Source of the DNA: Octopus bimaculoides | Lineage: Eukaryota | Length of the DNA stretch: 64,000 nt | Direction of reading: 5' to 3' | Assembly (NCBI RefSeq): GCF_001194135.2 | Contig: NC_068982.1 | Span: 60,876,827-60,940,826 of the forward strand | In this document: piece after piece, positions 1 through 12,722 of the stretch | Position numbering within the stretch: the stretch's first letter is position 1 | How the letters are laid out: every line of letters starts with the position of its first letter | Translations under genes and position numbers: made by a program | Notes under the pieces: generated by a model | What the model was told of the DNA's origin: nothing | Database searches by the model: none | What the model saw: the letters and a program-made list of their open reading frames with translations, nothing else

Positions 1-59
<59 letters not shown>

Positions 60-483
60 ATCTATATATGTGTGTATATGCATGTACATGTGTATTTGTG
101 CATGTGTGTGTGTGCATGTGTATATGAATATCTGTGTGCTTGTGTGTAGATATGCATATGTATATATCAAGTATTCAGTGTATCTCTATATTCTTGACAG
201 CCAGTCAGTCCGTCTTGTCTCCATGTGCGCTTCACTGTATTGCTTTCTTATATAAATATATATATTTATATAGATCTAAGTATTTTCTTTACATTCTCTT
301 GATTATCTTCCCTTCATTTCCTCCTCTTTATTTCTGTTTCCCCTTATGTTTGTACACAGCCAACTTTTATTGCTGTAGTTGTTGTTGCTGTTGTAAATGG
401 TGTTGTCATTGTTTTTTTTAAATTTTTTTATGTCCTACGCACATATTTTTTAAGGCATTAGAAATTCGCTTTTTGCTACATAC

Positions 484-514
<31 letters not shown>

Positions 515-559
515 CATCAGTATAACCATAAATACATAATACATACATACATACATACA

Positions 560-593
<34 letters not shown>

Positions 594-628
594 CATACAT
601 ACATACATATATATATATATATATGTAT
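1..628. repeat. (TA)n, (TG)n and (TACA)n microsatellites
   Basis: Directly visible at 1-140 and 480-628. Confidence 0.95.
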
Positions 629-2099
629 NNNNNNNNNNNNNNNNNNNNNNNNNNNNNNNNNNNNNNNNNNNNNNNNNNNNNNNNNNNNNNNNNNNNNNNN
701 NNNNNNNNNNNNNNNNNNNNNNNNNNNNNNNNNNNNNNNNNNNNNNNNNNNNNNNNNNNNNNNNNNNNNNNNNNNNNNNNNNNNNNNNNNNNNNNNNNNN
801 NNNNNNNNNNNNNNNNNNNNNNNNNNNNNNNNNNNNNNNNNNNNNNNNNNNNNNNNNNNNNNNNNNNNNNNNNNNNNNNNNNNNNNNNNNNNNNNNNNNN
901 NNNNNNNNNNNNNNNNNNNNNNNNNNNNNNNNNNNNNNNNNNNNNNNNNNNNNNNNNNNNNNNNNNNNNNNNNNNNNNNNNNNNNNNNNNNNNNNNNNNN
1001 NNNNNNNNNNNNNNNNNNNNNNNNNNNNNNNNNNNNNNNNNNNNNNNNNNNNNNNNNNNNNNNNNNNNNNNNNNNNNNNNNNNNNNNNNNNNNNNNNNNN
1101 NNNNNNNNNNNNNNNNNNNNNNNNNNNNNNNNNNNNNNNNNNNNNNNNNNNNNNNNNNNNNNNNNNNNNNNNNNNNNNNNNNNNNNNNNNNNNNNNNNNN
1201 NNNNNNNNNNNNNNNNNNNNNNNNNNNNNNNNNNNNNNNNNNNNNNNNNNNNNNNNNNNNNNNNNNNNNNNNNNNNNNNNNNNNNNNNNNNNNNNNNNNN
1301 NNNNNNNNNNNNNNNNNNNNNNNNNNNNNNNNNNNNNNNNNNNNNNNNNNNNNNNNNNNNNNNNNNNNNNNNNNNNNNNNNNNNNNNNNNNNNNNNNNNN
1401 NNNNNNNNNNNNNNNNNNNNNNNNNNNNNNNNNNNNNNNNNNNNNNNNNNNNNNNNNNNNNNNNNNNNNNNNNNNNNNNNNNNNNNNNNNNNNNNNNNNN
1501 NNNTATATATATACATATACATCTATATAGCTTTCTATATAAATACATACATATACACACACATATATGGCTGTTATTTTTGTATGTATTACTGAAACCT
1601 TTATCAACTTGATATATATACATATATATAGTTATACATACACACACACACACGTATATATATATATATATATCTATATATATATATATCTATATATATA
1701 TATATATATATATACTTGGCTTTTCTCTTTTACTTTTTATCCATCCAGTGTAATTTTTCACCAATTTTCTCTCTCGCGTATTTTATGATTCATTCGATTC
1801 AAGATTCATTTGATTCAATGAGGGTACAAACAAGTCTTTTGTCTTATTTTCTCTTTTTGGCTATTTATTTGTTGCTCATTTTATTGTTAATTTTTACTTA
1901 TTTTACTTACAGTTGTTGTTGTTATTAGTGTTGGATTTCTTTTTTAACCTGATCTTGTTTTGGGGAGTTTTTTGCTATATATTATAACTGTTGTTCTTCA
2001 CCAAACTTGTTCCTGTTGGTGATGTAAGCAGAGGCTGTTGGTGGAGGTTCTTGCTCTTGTTAAACTCTCTTTTCTTATTTATTTTCTACTCTAAGTTGT

Positions 2100-2232
2100 T
2101 TATATTGTTTTGATTGTTGTTGTTGTTGTTGTTTCTGTGGATAATCATGATGGAGATGACAATGATGATGATGATAATGACGATGATGATTGTGTGGTGC
2201 TGCTGCTGAAGTGGTGGTGGTGGTGGTGGTTA
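2100..2232. repeat. Compound trinucleotide repeats (TTG)n/(GAT)n/(TGG)n
   Basis: Directly visible. Confidence 0.9.
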
Positions 2233-2817
2233 TGTTTACTTCTTATTTATTTTATTATGTTTTGTTCTATTCTGTCATTTAGTGATTAATGGCTACCAAC
2301 CAACTAGATTGTTAATCACTTCATCATCTGTCTGTTCCACAATTTTCTCCTTCTATTATCTTCTTGCCTCCTAGCAACAGTTTTGGCTTCATTTTCAGAC
2401 ATTATTCTTGTAGCCGATGTTGTTGATTGTTGTCAACACTTTCATTCATAAAAACAAAAAAAAAGTAAAAAAAAAAAAATAATAAAAAGTTTTAAAAATT
2501 TGTATATGTAACCAAAAGTATTGCTAACAGCATACTTACTTCTGCATGACCTCCACATAATATTCTGTTTGGAGAGGCTTGTGATTTCTAGTTGCAGTAA
2601 AATAGAGCAGTTCAATTCCTGTTCAAATTTTTTTGTTACATCAGTGAAGGTTATGAATACAAAAAAAAAAAAAACCACTACACAGTTGTTGCTTTTTTCT
2701 TGCTGATATGGAATGAAATCAAAACCAAACTTGTTGCTTCATTATTCATTAAATCACTTTTTGGGCCATCTTTGTTTTCTTTTTTTGGACTAAGTCATAA
2801 GATGTAGAATATATTGC

Positions 2818-2860
2818 TCAAAGGAACATTGTCGTTAACTGTAGCAGATTTTCAGGTGAA
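2818..2860 (-). CDS. Candidate terminal coding exon (SPENLLQLTTMFL*) of an unidentified minus-strand gene
   Basis: Minus-strand acceptor ttgtttgtttag; one frame gives 13 codons then TGA; in phase with candidate exon 5928-5984; followed by UTR-like sequence. No homology recognised. Confidence 0.25.
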
Positions 2861-2921
2861 CTAAACAAACAATTAATTTTATGTTATGCATTTCTAAATT
2901 GCCCTTTAGTATTAGGTCATT

Positions 2922-3140
2922 CGAAGGCAGGGAACTGGCAGAATAATTAACACACCAGGTTAAATACCTAGCAGCATTTCGTCTTGTCTTTACACTTTGA
3001 TTTCAAATTCTGTTGAGGTTGACTTTGGCTTTCATCATTACGAGGTTGATAAATAAGTACCAGTTGAGTACTGGGGTTAATGTAATCAACTCAGCCCCTA
3101 CCCAAAAATTGTTGGCCTTTTGCCAAAATTTGAAACCAGT
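2922..3140 (+). mobile_element. tRNA-derived SINE, family B (~220-270 bp; octopus OR/OK-type, exact family name uncertain)
   Basis: Head ggcagggaactggcagaat...ttcaaattc and tail ggccttttgccaaaatttgaaacc shared with many copies in the window. Confidence 0.85.
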
Positions 3141-3261
3141 ATTAAGCCATTCTAAGATACAATTTAAGATAAGCAAGAAGAATCATTCTTATGCAGGACA
3201 AATTGCTTAGCAGCATTTCTTCCAGCTCTTTACGCTTTGAGTTCAGCCCACCTTAAGTTAT

Positions 3262-3474
3262 TGGTTTCAAATTTTGCTTCAAGGCCAAATATTTCAGGGT
3301 AACAGCTAAATTGATTACATCGACCTCAGTGCTCAACTGGTACATATTTTTTCAAGTCTGAAAAGATGAAAGGCAAAGTTGACCTAGATGGCATTTGAAC
3401 CCAGAATGTAAAGATGGACAAAATACTGCTAAGCATTTAATCTGGCAAGCTAACAATTCTGCCAGTTCACCTTA
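3262..3474 (-). mobile_element. SINE family B, inverted relative to 2922-3140
   Basis: Reverse complement of the family B head and tail. Confidence 0.85.
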
Positions 3475-3485
3475 AAAGGAGCAAT

Positions 3486-3905
3486 GTAAGGAGTGGCTGT
3501 GTGGTAAGTAGCTTGCTTACCAACCACATGGTTCCAGGTTCAGTCCCACTGCGTGGCACCTTGGGCAAGTGTCTTCTACTATAGCCTCAGGCTGACCAAA
3601 GCCTTGTGAGTGGATTTGGTAGACGGAAACTGAAAGAAGCCTGTCGTATATATGTATATATATATATGTGTGTGTGTGTTTGTGTGTCTGTGTATGCCCC
3701 CCCCACCACCACCAACATCGTTTGACAACCAATGCTGGTGTGTTTACATGCTTACCCTGTAACTTAGCGGTTCAGCAAAAGAGACCGATACAATAAGTAA
3801 TAGGCTTACACAGAATAAGTTCTGGGGGCAATTTGCTCAACTAAAAGGCGGTGATCCAGCATGGCTGAAGTCAAATGACTGAAACAAGTAAAAGAGTAAA
3901 AGAGT
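3486..3905 (+). mobile_element. tRNA-derived SINE, family A (~410 bp, internal (TA/TG)n), full length
   Basis: ggagtggctgtgtggtaag head with B-box-like ggttcagtccc, central microsatellite, tail gactgaaacaagtaaaagag; about 15 related copies in the window. Confidence 0.9.
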
Positions 3906-4060
3906 AGGTGCAAGAAAGAAAAGTTGATAACAACATCAGAAGAATGATAGGCAAAGCTGATCTTGGTGGGTTTTGAATTAAGAATGTAAAGAATTAAAAT
4001 TTGAAACCAATATTACACTGCTTCCTAATTCTCTTCAGACATCCAATTTATAGGAATAAC

Positions 4061-5265
4061 TTGAGGTGGGCTGAAAAGTTCATGGGCTGACTATGAAGGA
4101 GTGATGCTAGAGCTGTGAAATCTTACATTCATTAATTTCAGTTATTCTTATTAATAACTGCATTGTTTCATTTTACCAGGTAAAATGACATCTGACTATT
4201 CAGAGAAGACTTCAAAAATAGCTAGGAGCAACTTCTCTTGAAAATGGACAAAATTTGACATCATGATGTTATCATATACCTTCAGAAAACCAGTTTAGCT
4301 CCTAAGGACATTCATACTGACATGATTGCTACATTAGAGGATGGTGCTCCAGTTTTATCAACAGTGCATAAGTGGGTAGCTGAATTTAGTAGGGGAAAGG
4401 ATAGAGTTGAAGATGGCCCAAGATCTGGACATCTTCCAACTGCCACCACTAAGAAAACCATTGATTGTGTTCTCCACTTGGTGATGGATGATGGGCAATT
4501 AACCATAAATCAAACAGTCAAAGTTATTAGTATATCTCACAATATTCTGCACAATGAACTTGGCATGATGAAGGCTTTTGCACAGTGGAGGACATGTGTT
4601 CTGATGCCTGATCAAAAGTGCACCAGGCTGATCACATCAATGAAGAATCTGACATTGAGACAGATCCATCTGGTTTCCTTGAACGTTTCCCAACTCAGGA
4701 TGAGACAAAAAGACAATCTATGCAGTGAAAACACCCCTCCACACTTGCCCCAAAGAAGGCTAAGGTCATTTCATATGCAGGGAATGTGATGGTTTCCATT
4801 TTTGAGGATGCATTTTTGAGTGTGCATTTACTATTTTGAATAGAGCCACACTATCAATGGAGAGTACTATGCTAACTTGCTGAGGCACTTATGAAAGGCT
4901 AGCAAGATCGAATGCCAGGGGAAACTGATGAAAGGAGTCTTGTTTCATCAAGACAATGTTCCAGCCCACAAGACCTTGGTTGCAATGGCTGCTGTGCTTG
5001 ACTATGATTTTGAACAGGTATTCTCCTGATTTGGCTCCTTCTGACTATCATCTGTTCCCCAACATGAGAAAACACTTGCCTAGGAACCAGTGTTGCACTG
5101 ATGTTGACGTCATATCTGCTGTTGATGACTTTTTTTGAGCAACAGGATGAAAGCTTCTTCACCAATGGTATCCAAGCACTGCAACACTGATGGAAGAAGT
5201 GTGTGGACCACAAGGGGGACAATGTTGAAAAATAAGCCTCTTTTGGTCATTCCTTGTGGTTATGA
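4061..5265 (+). mobile_element. Decayed mariner (DD34D) DNA transposon with disrupted transposase
   Basis: ORFs 4322-4789 (KWVAEFSRG...EDGPRSG helix-turn-helix region) and 4956-5138 (YSPDLAPSDYHLFP); HQDNVPAH in an adjacent frame; left TIR-like gaggtgggctgaaaagttc; frameshifts and stops. Confidence 0.93.
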
Positions 5266-5531
5266 GACAGCATTAAGACAAGAGATGGAAAATTATGTCC
5301 TATAAGACTTAGAAAAAGGAAAGAAGCGAAATAGAAAGACAGAAAGATAGGTAGAAGGATGGAAGAAACATAAAGAAAGATAGAACAAAAGGTGAGAGAA
5401 TAAGTCAAACCCAGAGCTGAAGGTAAATGCAAAGGAGAGAGCCTAAGAGAAGCATGAATGAAGAGGTCAGCAGTCAAGCATGAAAAGAAAGGCGGAAAGA
5501 AGAAATAGGATGGTCACCTGGTACCGAAAAG

Positions 5532-5562
<31 letters not shown>

Positions 5563-5927
5563 AAGGTAGTGAAGGGCAGAGAAAAAGGCTAAGGAAAAGA
5601 TGGAAGCAAAAGGAGAAAAAGGCAGACTGAAAGAAATGCAGAAGGAGATAAAAGAGAGGGCAGAGAGAAAGAAGGGGAATAAAGGAGGAGCCCTTTTTAA
5701 ACAATCACATATGATTTGTCCCAAAGAATCGACCTTTAAATAAGAGTTTTGCTTCCACTAGCGAAAGCTATATGCATCTTTCAGACAGATTCATACCAAT
5801 TTAACTTTATGCAGCATTCACTGTTAGTTTATGTGCAGGCTATATGGGAAGACGGAATAAAGGGGCTTTTGTTAGCTTATCTCTTCAAAATAATAGCTCC
5901 CTTTGCTGTTGAATAAAATAAACTCAC

Positions 5928-5984
5928 AGAGGGGAAGTTTCAATGTCTTCCTTCAATTTCCTTACACCATTTATGTGGCTGTTT
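5928..5984 (-). CDS. Candidate 57-nt internal exon (NSHINGVRKLKEDIETSP)
   Basis: Acceptor tttcttgtcag, donor CT|GTGAGT, symmetric phase 2-2, joins 2818-2860 in frame. Could be chance. Confidence 0.25.
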
Positions 5985-6504
5985 CTGACAAGAAATTTCG
6001 TTTTCATGTAAAACAACTAAATTTTGTAGTCATTTATTCATAATCTACTCCCAAAACACTTCAGTAGCTCTACTTTTCATCACTTGCAAACTTATATGTT
6101 CTATGATCATTAAAGTGCAATGACCTCCACAATAACCAGCCTTCAATTTGATTTTCTGTTCCTAGGTTTATTGGAAACATAGATTGCTGTGCTACTCATA
6201 AACCTTCTAGGTAGTTCAATTATTTGGTGGAAATAATACCACCAAAGCAACTTAAACCATCCAAAGGATGGGTGCATTTGCTAGCATTTGCAGCATTCAC
6301 CAACTTAAACAAGGGGGCCATCTAGAAGAGTTGCTGGAGATTTCGAAGTTGTCCATAGGCTGTGGTTGAAGCCAATGGTAATTTTATTGAATAAATTTAC
6401 TCTTAAGTATTTCAAGATATTTTTATGTCATTTTGGTAAATATATCTGTTAAAATGAGATGTCAGTATTATTTTCATTTTTGCATAGTTTAGATGATAAT
6501 TCAC

Positions 6505-6678
6505 TCACCGCAGCCTGTATGTGTGTGTGTCTGGCAAAAGAAACTGATAGAATAAGTACTAGGCTTACAAAGAATAAGTCCTGGGGTCAATTTCTTTGAC
6601 TAAAACCCTTTAAGGCAGTATTCCATTATGGCCGTGGTCAAATGACTGAGACAAGTAAAAGAATAAAGGAATAAAAGA
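6505..6678 (+). mobile_element. SINE family A, 3' half
   Basis: gatagaataagtactaggcttacaaagaataagtcctgggg...gactgagacaagtaaaagaataaag. Confidence 0.85.
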
Positions 6679-6734
6679 CTACATAAATATATATACATAT
6701 GTATATATATATACACACACATATTTATGTATAT

Positions 6735-7200
6735 GTATCATCATTATCATCTTCATCATTGTTTAACGTCTGCCTTCCATGCTGGCATGGGTTGGACAGT
6801 TTGAGAGGAACCAGCCAGGTAGAAGACTACATCAAACTTCTGTGTCTGCTTTGGCAGGGTCTTTACGACTGGATGCACTTCATAACACCATTCACCCACC
6901 CACCCCCGCCTCAACAGTGGACTGGGTGCTTTTTACATGGCACCAGCACAGACAAGCATGGTTTTTACAGCTGGATGCCCTTCCAAATGCCAGCCACTAC
7001 ACAGTGTGGACTGGATGCTTTATATATGGCACCAACACCAACAGGGTCACTAAGTAAATTGCAAGACAAAGAATCTTTTGAGTGGAGGGCCATTGGAGGA
7101 GGTGATCTTGTGTCAGATGATGAAAGGTTAGAGTATGACAGAGAAGCATTAGATAGAAACAGATGTCTTGCTATAGAGGAAGTGCATGGTTAGAGAGAGA
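6735..7200 (-). mobile_element. Dispersed repeat family D (probable RTE-type LINE 3' end or RTE-tailed SINE with (ATG)n tail)
   Basis: tcatc...ttccatgctggcatgggttgg...ctggatgcccttcc motif shared with 10125-10560, 32920-33050 and 51355-51395; RTE assignment is inference. Confidence 0.6.
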
Positions 7201-7631
7201 GAGAGGGAGAGAGAGACTGCAGCTATGCAAGGGCGTCGCCTTAAAGAACTTTTAGTTGAATGAATCAACCCCAGTACTTTTTTCTTGAAGCCTAGTACCT
7301 ATTCTATCAATCTCTTTTGCTGAACTGCAAAGTTACGAGCACATAAACACACCAACACATATATATATACATACCCAACCAGTTAACCACCAGGCTATCT
7401 GGTGGTTTACATTTTTCTCTCTAAATTAACTGCTTGTCTGTTTGTTTGTCTATCTATCTGTCTACTTATTTAACTATCCATCTTACCAGCTTCCATTTAT
7501 CCATCCATCTGTCTGTTTATTCATTTATGTGGCTAGTTAACTAGTTGTTTACCTATCTACCATTTTCTCTCTAAGCATCAAAATACTGATACTAATTAGT
7601 CAGCTCCAAATCTACCTAAAATGATATAATC

Positions 7632-7805
7632 TTAGAACATCTGACTGCATCTTTTCTGAAATAACCAAAGTTGCTGAAGAAATTATAGAATATTTTGGGA
7701 AAAGGCAAAGAAAATAACTGCGTGTTATGTTGATTTATTTATTATTAATCAATGATCATTGATATTCCACAAAAATATAAATTACAACTCAGTAAACAGC
7801 AACAA
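7632..7805 (+). mobile_element. Old LINE-like fragment homologous to 11510-11688 (inverted)
   Basis: Manual alignment gives roughly three-quarters identity over about 175 bp. Confidence 0.55.
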
Positions 7806-8023
7806 TTTATGATTGCAATAGCATACTGAAAGTACCAAATATAAATCTGAGTGTTGTTTTGCGCAATAAATACCTTGTGTTTAAATGACAGAATTCTTTG
7901 TTTGTAAATATTGTCAAAATAAATGAGAATTAGTTTGTTAAAAAAAGAGTAATAGTTCATCTTATATANNNNNNNNNNNNNNNNNNNNNNNATATATATA
8001 TATATATATATATACATACAATA

Positions 8024-8065
<42 letters not shown>

Positions 8066-8244
8066 ATATATATATTTAATATACTTTATATATCGATCAG
8101 TCTAATTTGCTTATCTCTACATTTACTTCGATATGTGTGTGTGTGTGTGCACATAAATATATATGATTATGAGTGGAAGCAATGATCTTATCACTCAATC
8201 AGATAAATGCTCAGTTACTATACCAACACTGAAACATTTAATAG

Positions 8245-8776
8245 TGACTTCAAATTTTGGCACAAGACCAACAATTTTTGGGGAAGCACCAGTCGATTAC
8301 ATCAACCCCAATGCTCAACTGGTATTTGATTTATTGACTTCAAAAGGAATAAGATGAAGGGCACTGGGGTCGATGTAAACGGCTTAATCCCTTTGTCTGT
8401 TCTTGTTTGTCTCCTCTATGTTTAACCCCTTGTGGGCAATAAAGAAATAAATATTATGTAGTTATTATTAAGGTGGTGAGCTGGTAGAGATAAAACAAAT
8501 GAAGTACATCACCTTACTTTTATTCTTTATACTTGTTGCAGTTAGGATGGCAAGCTGGCAGAACTGCTAGCATGCCAGGCAAAATGCTTAGTGGTATTTC
8601 ATTTGTCTTTACATTCTGAGTTCAAATCCTCCCGAAGTCAATTTTACCTTTAATCCTTTTTGGGTTAATAAAAAAGGTACCAGTTAAACAGTGGGGTTGA
8701 AGTAAAATTGATTTACCACTCCGCTGAAATTGCTGGCCTTATGCCAAAATTTGAAATCAATATTATGTAGTTATTA
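8245..8776. mobile_element. SINE family B cluster: minus-strand partial (8245-8360) and plus-strand copy with duplicated head (8470-8758)
   Basis: Family B motifs; aatattatgtagttatta repeated at about 8450 and 8759 (TSD-like). Confidence 0.75.
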
Positions 8777-8944
8777 TAACAAAAAAAAAATCCATTTCAG
8801 TTATTATTCATCATAGTGAAGTTTAATAACTACCAATGATGTCCCCTGGTGAAAGTACAAACTTAACATAACTAGAACCACATCTAAAAAGACTGACCTT
8901 TCTCTTTAAGGCCAGAAAGTACTTCAGGCCCCAAAAAGCTTGAT

Positions 8945-9267
8945 TTCCAAGCACATGGTTCCAGGTTCAGTATAGCCTTGGGCTGACCAAAGCCTTATGA
9001 GTGGATTTGGTAGATGGAAACTGAAAGAAGCCCATTGTGTGTGTCTTTGTCTTTGTGTTTGTCCCTTCCCCCTCTACTTGACAGCTGGTGGTGGTGTGTT
9101 TACGTCTCTGTAACTTAGCAAATCAATAATAAGAGAATTATAGAATAAGTACCAGGCTTGATAAAATAAGTATTGGGGTTGATTCATTTGACTAAATATT
9201 CTTCGAGACACTGCCCCAGTACGGATGCAGTCTAACGACTGAAACAAGTAAAAGATAAAAGATAAAA
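8945..9267 (+). mobile_element. SINE family A, partial with internal deletion
   Basis: Family A central and tail motifs. Confidence 0.8.
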
Positions 9268-9373
9268 AGGCTCAGAAGTGGTCCACTGTAGAGAGAGTTG
9301 CTTATAGATGTGAGAGCAACACACTCAGGTTGTCTACATGTGTAATTACTGCTGTTACACATACAGACATATA

Positions 9374-9588
9374 CAAGGGGTGCTGAAAATTCTTGGCTTT
9401 AAGGGTATCCCAAAAGGCTTGGTTAGAGGCCCAACCTTCTGAGTTCTTTTACAGGGCTTAGAAAAACTGAAGGACCACTGCAATAGGTGCATGAATTGGA
9501 GAGGGGAATATGTTGAATAAAATCAAAATTACCTGATCCTCCTGTATTTTGTCTTACCCAAAACCAGGAACTTTTCAGCACCCCCTTG
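9374..9588 (+). mobile_element. Mariner-derived MITE (215 bp) with TA target duplication
   Basis: TIRs caaggggtgctgaaaattcttgg / ccaggaacttttcagcacccccttg; TA at 9372-9373 and 9589-9590; retains transposase C-terminus (KLKDHCNRCMNWRGEYVE*). Confidence 0.9.
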
Positions 9589-9699
9589 TAGACTGCATTC
9601 AGTGTAAGGCCACTCAAGTGGTTGACATAAAGTCATCAACAAACATGCTTTTGAATGCTGTCTCCTTTCTCTGTCTTTTCTACTGTTACTATAATGATC

Positions 9700-9935
9700 C
9701 CTGATTCTTAGAGCTGGAAAGTGTCATGTTTCCTTTTAGACACTCCCATCACAGTTGTCTTTCCTCCTTCTCTCACCCATGTTCTGTTCATCCCACCCCA
9801 ATCAGGCCTCCCACTAACCAACCTCTACACCCTGTCCTTTGGAACTCTCTTCGTGCTCGTGTTTTTCTTGCTGATGTCAACATGCAATACTCTAAGTGGA
9901 ACAATAGTCGAATGAATCTCACTTGTTTTAAGGAA
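9700..9935 (+). mobile_element. CR1/L2-like LINE ORF2 3' fragment
   Basis: Translation ...PTNQPLHPVLWNSLRARVFLADVNMQYSK resembles the LWNSLP-type C-terminus of CR1/L2-group ORF2; related to 44050-44640. Confidence 0.65.
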
Positions 9936-10124
9936 CTAATGAAGGCCATAGACACTGTTTCTTTCTCAAAACCAAGCAGGTGGAGAAAAATTTTCTGTTA
10001 AATAAATGCCTTCAAGGAATTAAAGTTGTGATTGTTTCAGATATTGCAGAAGCAAATCAAAAACTCTGCTCTGAAACAAAGTGTTATATTAACAATAACT
10101 CCTCCTCCTCGGTGGTAGTGGAGG

Positions 10125-10560
10125 CAGTGTCATCATCATCATCATCGTCATCACCCATCTTCCATGCTAGCATGGGTTGGGACTGCTTGATAGTAGCTGG
10201 TAAGCCAAAGAACTGCATCAAGCTCAACTGTCTATTTTGGCATGATTTTTATTGCTAGCTGTCCTTCTTAATGCCAACCACTTTATGGAATGGACTGCAT
10301 GCTTTTTACATGGTGCCAGCACTGGTGAGGTCACCAAGTAATTTGCAAGACAAAGATCCCTCAAGAGTGGTGGGGTGGGTATTAAATGAGGTGGCTTTAT
10401 ACCAGGTGATGAGAGGAACAGATACAGGTGTCAGGAAATACATAGTTACCCCAGTTAGAGGAAGAGAGAGAGTAAGAGTAAGAGAGAGTAAGAGTAAGAG
10501 AGAGCAAGAGAGATGGTGGCACTGTGCCAGGGCATACTCTCAAGGTACACAGATGTGAAC
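10125..10560 (-). mobile_element. Repeat family D copy
   Basis: (TCA)n followed by ttccatgctagcatgggttggg; homologous to 6735-7200. Confidence 0.6.
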
Positions 10561-10620
10561 ATTAACAATAACTGGTTGTATTAACAATAACTGATTCTAT
10601 TAATATTAACAATAACTGGT
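10561..10620. repeat. Short tandem repeat, about 3 copies of attaacaataactg
   Basis: Directly visible. Confidence 0.85.
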
Positions 10621-11499
10621 TCTCTTAATATACATTTAGACATTAATAATGACTGAATAATTAATAATTTAAAATTAAAAATCTCAGTGAACTGTTATTG
10701 TCAATTTTGCTTTCCTAGACAATTGTAATGGTTATGGCTGGTTACTGTAGATTAGTATTATCTTGTGTTTCTAAGCAAAGGAATGGAAATAAATGGAAAA
10801 TAGTGTTAAGCAAAGATTGATCATACTTTTATTAGGTTTCAGGTTGGACCCTACTGATATTAATAAACATTTTATTTTAAAAAGTGGGACATCAAAAGGA
10901 TTTATAATTCCCTGACTGAGTTTATTTTAATCTGTTGCATACAAAAGTAATTAAATAATCACATTATCATATGAGGAACTTTCTCCAAACTAATATGATT
11001 TATTGAAGTCTAACTGAGTTGACACACATTCATATTGTGAAGGTTTATTATTCTTAGAGGAAAAAAATAGCAAATTTATAGAGAAATCTGTTATTTGTAT
11101 TTGAATATTGTTCCGAAAAGTTTTGTTTAGGTATCACAGAGTCAGGTTTTTTTTTTTTTATGGAATCATTCATCATTTAATCAATGCTCGTTTTTATTTA
11201 GCTGTGATTTAAAGGTCCCTACAATTGTACAATTACACAAAACCACTCCATAAGAGTGAAAGGCTAAGATTTCAAACAGCATTTATAGAGTTATGATTCA
11301 ATATTCTGCACAGAGTTATATTGTGGTCATTTACATAGTTTCAAATATGTTTTATTATCATGAAGAATTGACAAAAGAAAAACAAAAAGAAAAAAATATC
11401 AGAACAAAAGCAAACAAGTAAACAAAAATAAAATATGCATATTAACAAAGTTCCGGATATTAGCCATGTGATTGAATATTGGTAACACTGTTATTGATG

Positions 11500-11760
11500 G
11501 TGTAACTACCTGTTGGCATTTGCTGAGTTGTTATTCATATTTTCACAGGATATCAAAAGCCATTGATTAACAATAAATATGTCAGCGTTACTCACAAATA
11601 TTTTCTCGTCTGCCTTCTCCCAAATATTCCATAATTTCTCGGCAAGTTTGGTCACTTCAAAAAAGATGCAGCCAGATGGTTCTGACAGAATCTTGCCTTG
11701 GGTAGACAGGGAGCTTTGAACAAAGTCTCCACATGACTATCAGTTTCCATATTCAGCATA
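11500..11760 (-). mobile_element. Decayed LINE 3' region, possibly L1/Tx1 clade (zf-RVT-like)
   Basis: Minus-strand translation MWRLCSKLPVY...TIWLHLF*SDQTCREIMEYL loosely resembles the WR..LP..ET..HLF..C..W zf-RVT pattern; homologous copy at 7632-7805. Confidence 0.35.
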
Positions 11761-12469
11761 TCAGTAATTTAGAGGCTTTTTCTGTCATGAAAGATACAAA
11801 GTCATCTCATATCCTTTGAGGATGTTGACAAGGAAGAACTCTCTCTACTGCTTGCCATTCAAGTAAAAACCCCGCTGCTCGTTGCAAGGTCATAATATTA
11901 ATAATTACAAATAAAACAATATGATTTCTCAGCTCTCAGATCAAAATAGCTTGTTGAGCTGAAAAGGAAGGCAGACAAGTCAATGTTAACCAAAATGGAT
12001 GCCAGCAGGACATGAGGGTGGGTAGGCATGGAATTGATCAAAATAGAAGTAATGGAAAGAATGTCATAGTTTGACACTTTAAAGAGATTCTTTTTTGTTT
12101 TCTCCTCCTCCATTCTAGTCTCATTCACCTCTTCCTTTTCTCCATTCTCTTTATTGGCAATCATTTCAACATACAAAAGGATATAAAAAAAAAAGACAAT
12201 ATAAACAAAAAATGTTCACATTATAACAATATTGCTTGTAGCTGTTTTTGATAGATGTTTCTCCAATAAAGGGGCTATGCACCGTTCAGAGATTTGCAGG
12301 GCTTGTTGGATTCACCTTTCACCAGCATTTAAAACTATCCACTTGCATAAGTGAACAAACATACTTGCACACATTAGATGTATCTGAATGGTTAATGATC
12401 GTGACGGGACACTAGACTTATCCATTGACCTTTCCACTAACACTGCAGCGTGGACCCAACTTCAAGTGA

Positions 12470-12722
12470 AGCTGCTGCTGCTGCCGCTACTCCTCTGCTG
12501 CTGCTTCCTACACATTTAACATATGTAATCCTTCACTCTTACACACAAACTTCTGTCTTTTCATCATAATCATTCTGCTCATAGTTTTTGTTGCTGTTAC
12601 ATTAACATTTATTATTATCCTCGACCATCATCATCATCGTCCTCATCATCACCAACAGCAGCAGCAGCAGCAGCAGTAGCAGCAATAGCCGTAGCAGCAT
12701 TACTACTCCTGCTGCTGTTGTT
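12470..12722. repeat. (CTG)n/(CAT)n/(CAG)n trinucleotide-rich tract
   Basis: Directly visible. Confidence 0.85.

Noticed and set aside
450-1653. Long ORFs of 300-385 aa (and similar ORFs over the other gaps)
   Set aside because: They are open only because of N runs and microsatellites (YIYI, HTHT, CVCV, LSLS).
11596-11740. Minus-strand exon ending at a GTGAGT donor
   Set aside because: The sequence is homologous to the repeat at 7632-7805 across the supposed donor, so it is better explained as a transposon relic.
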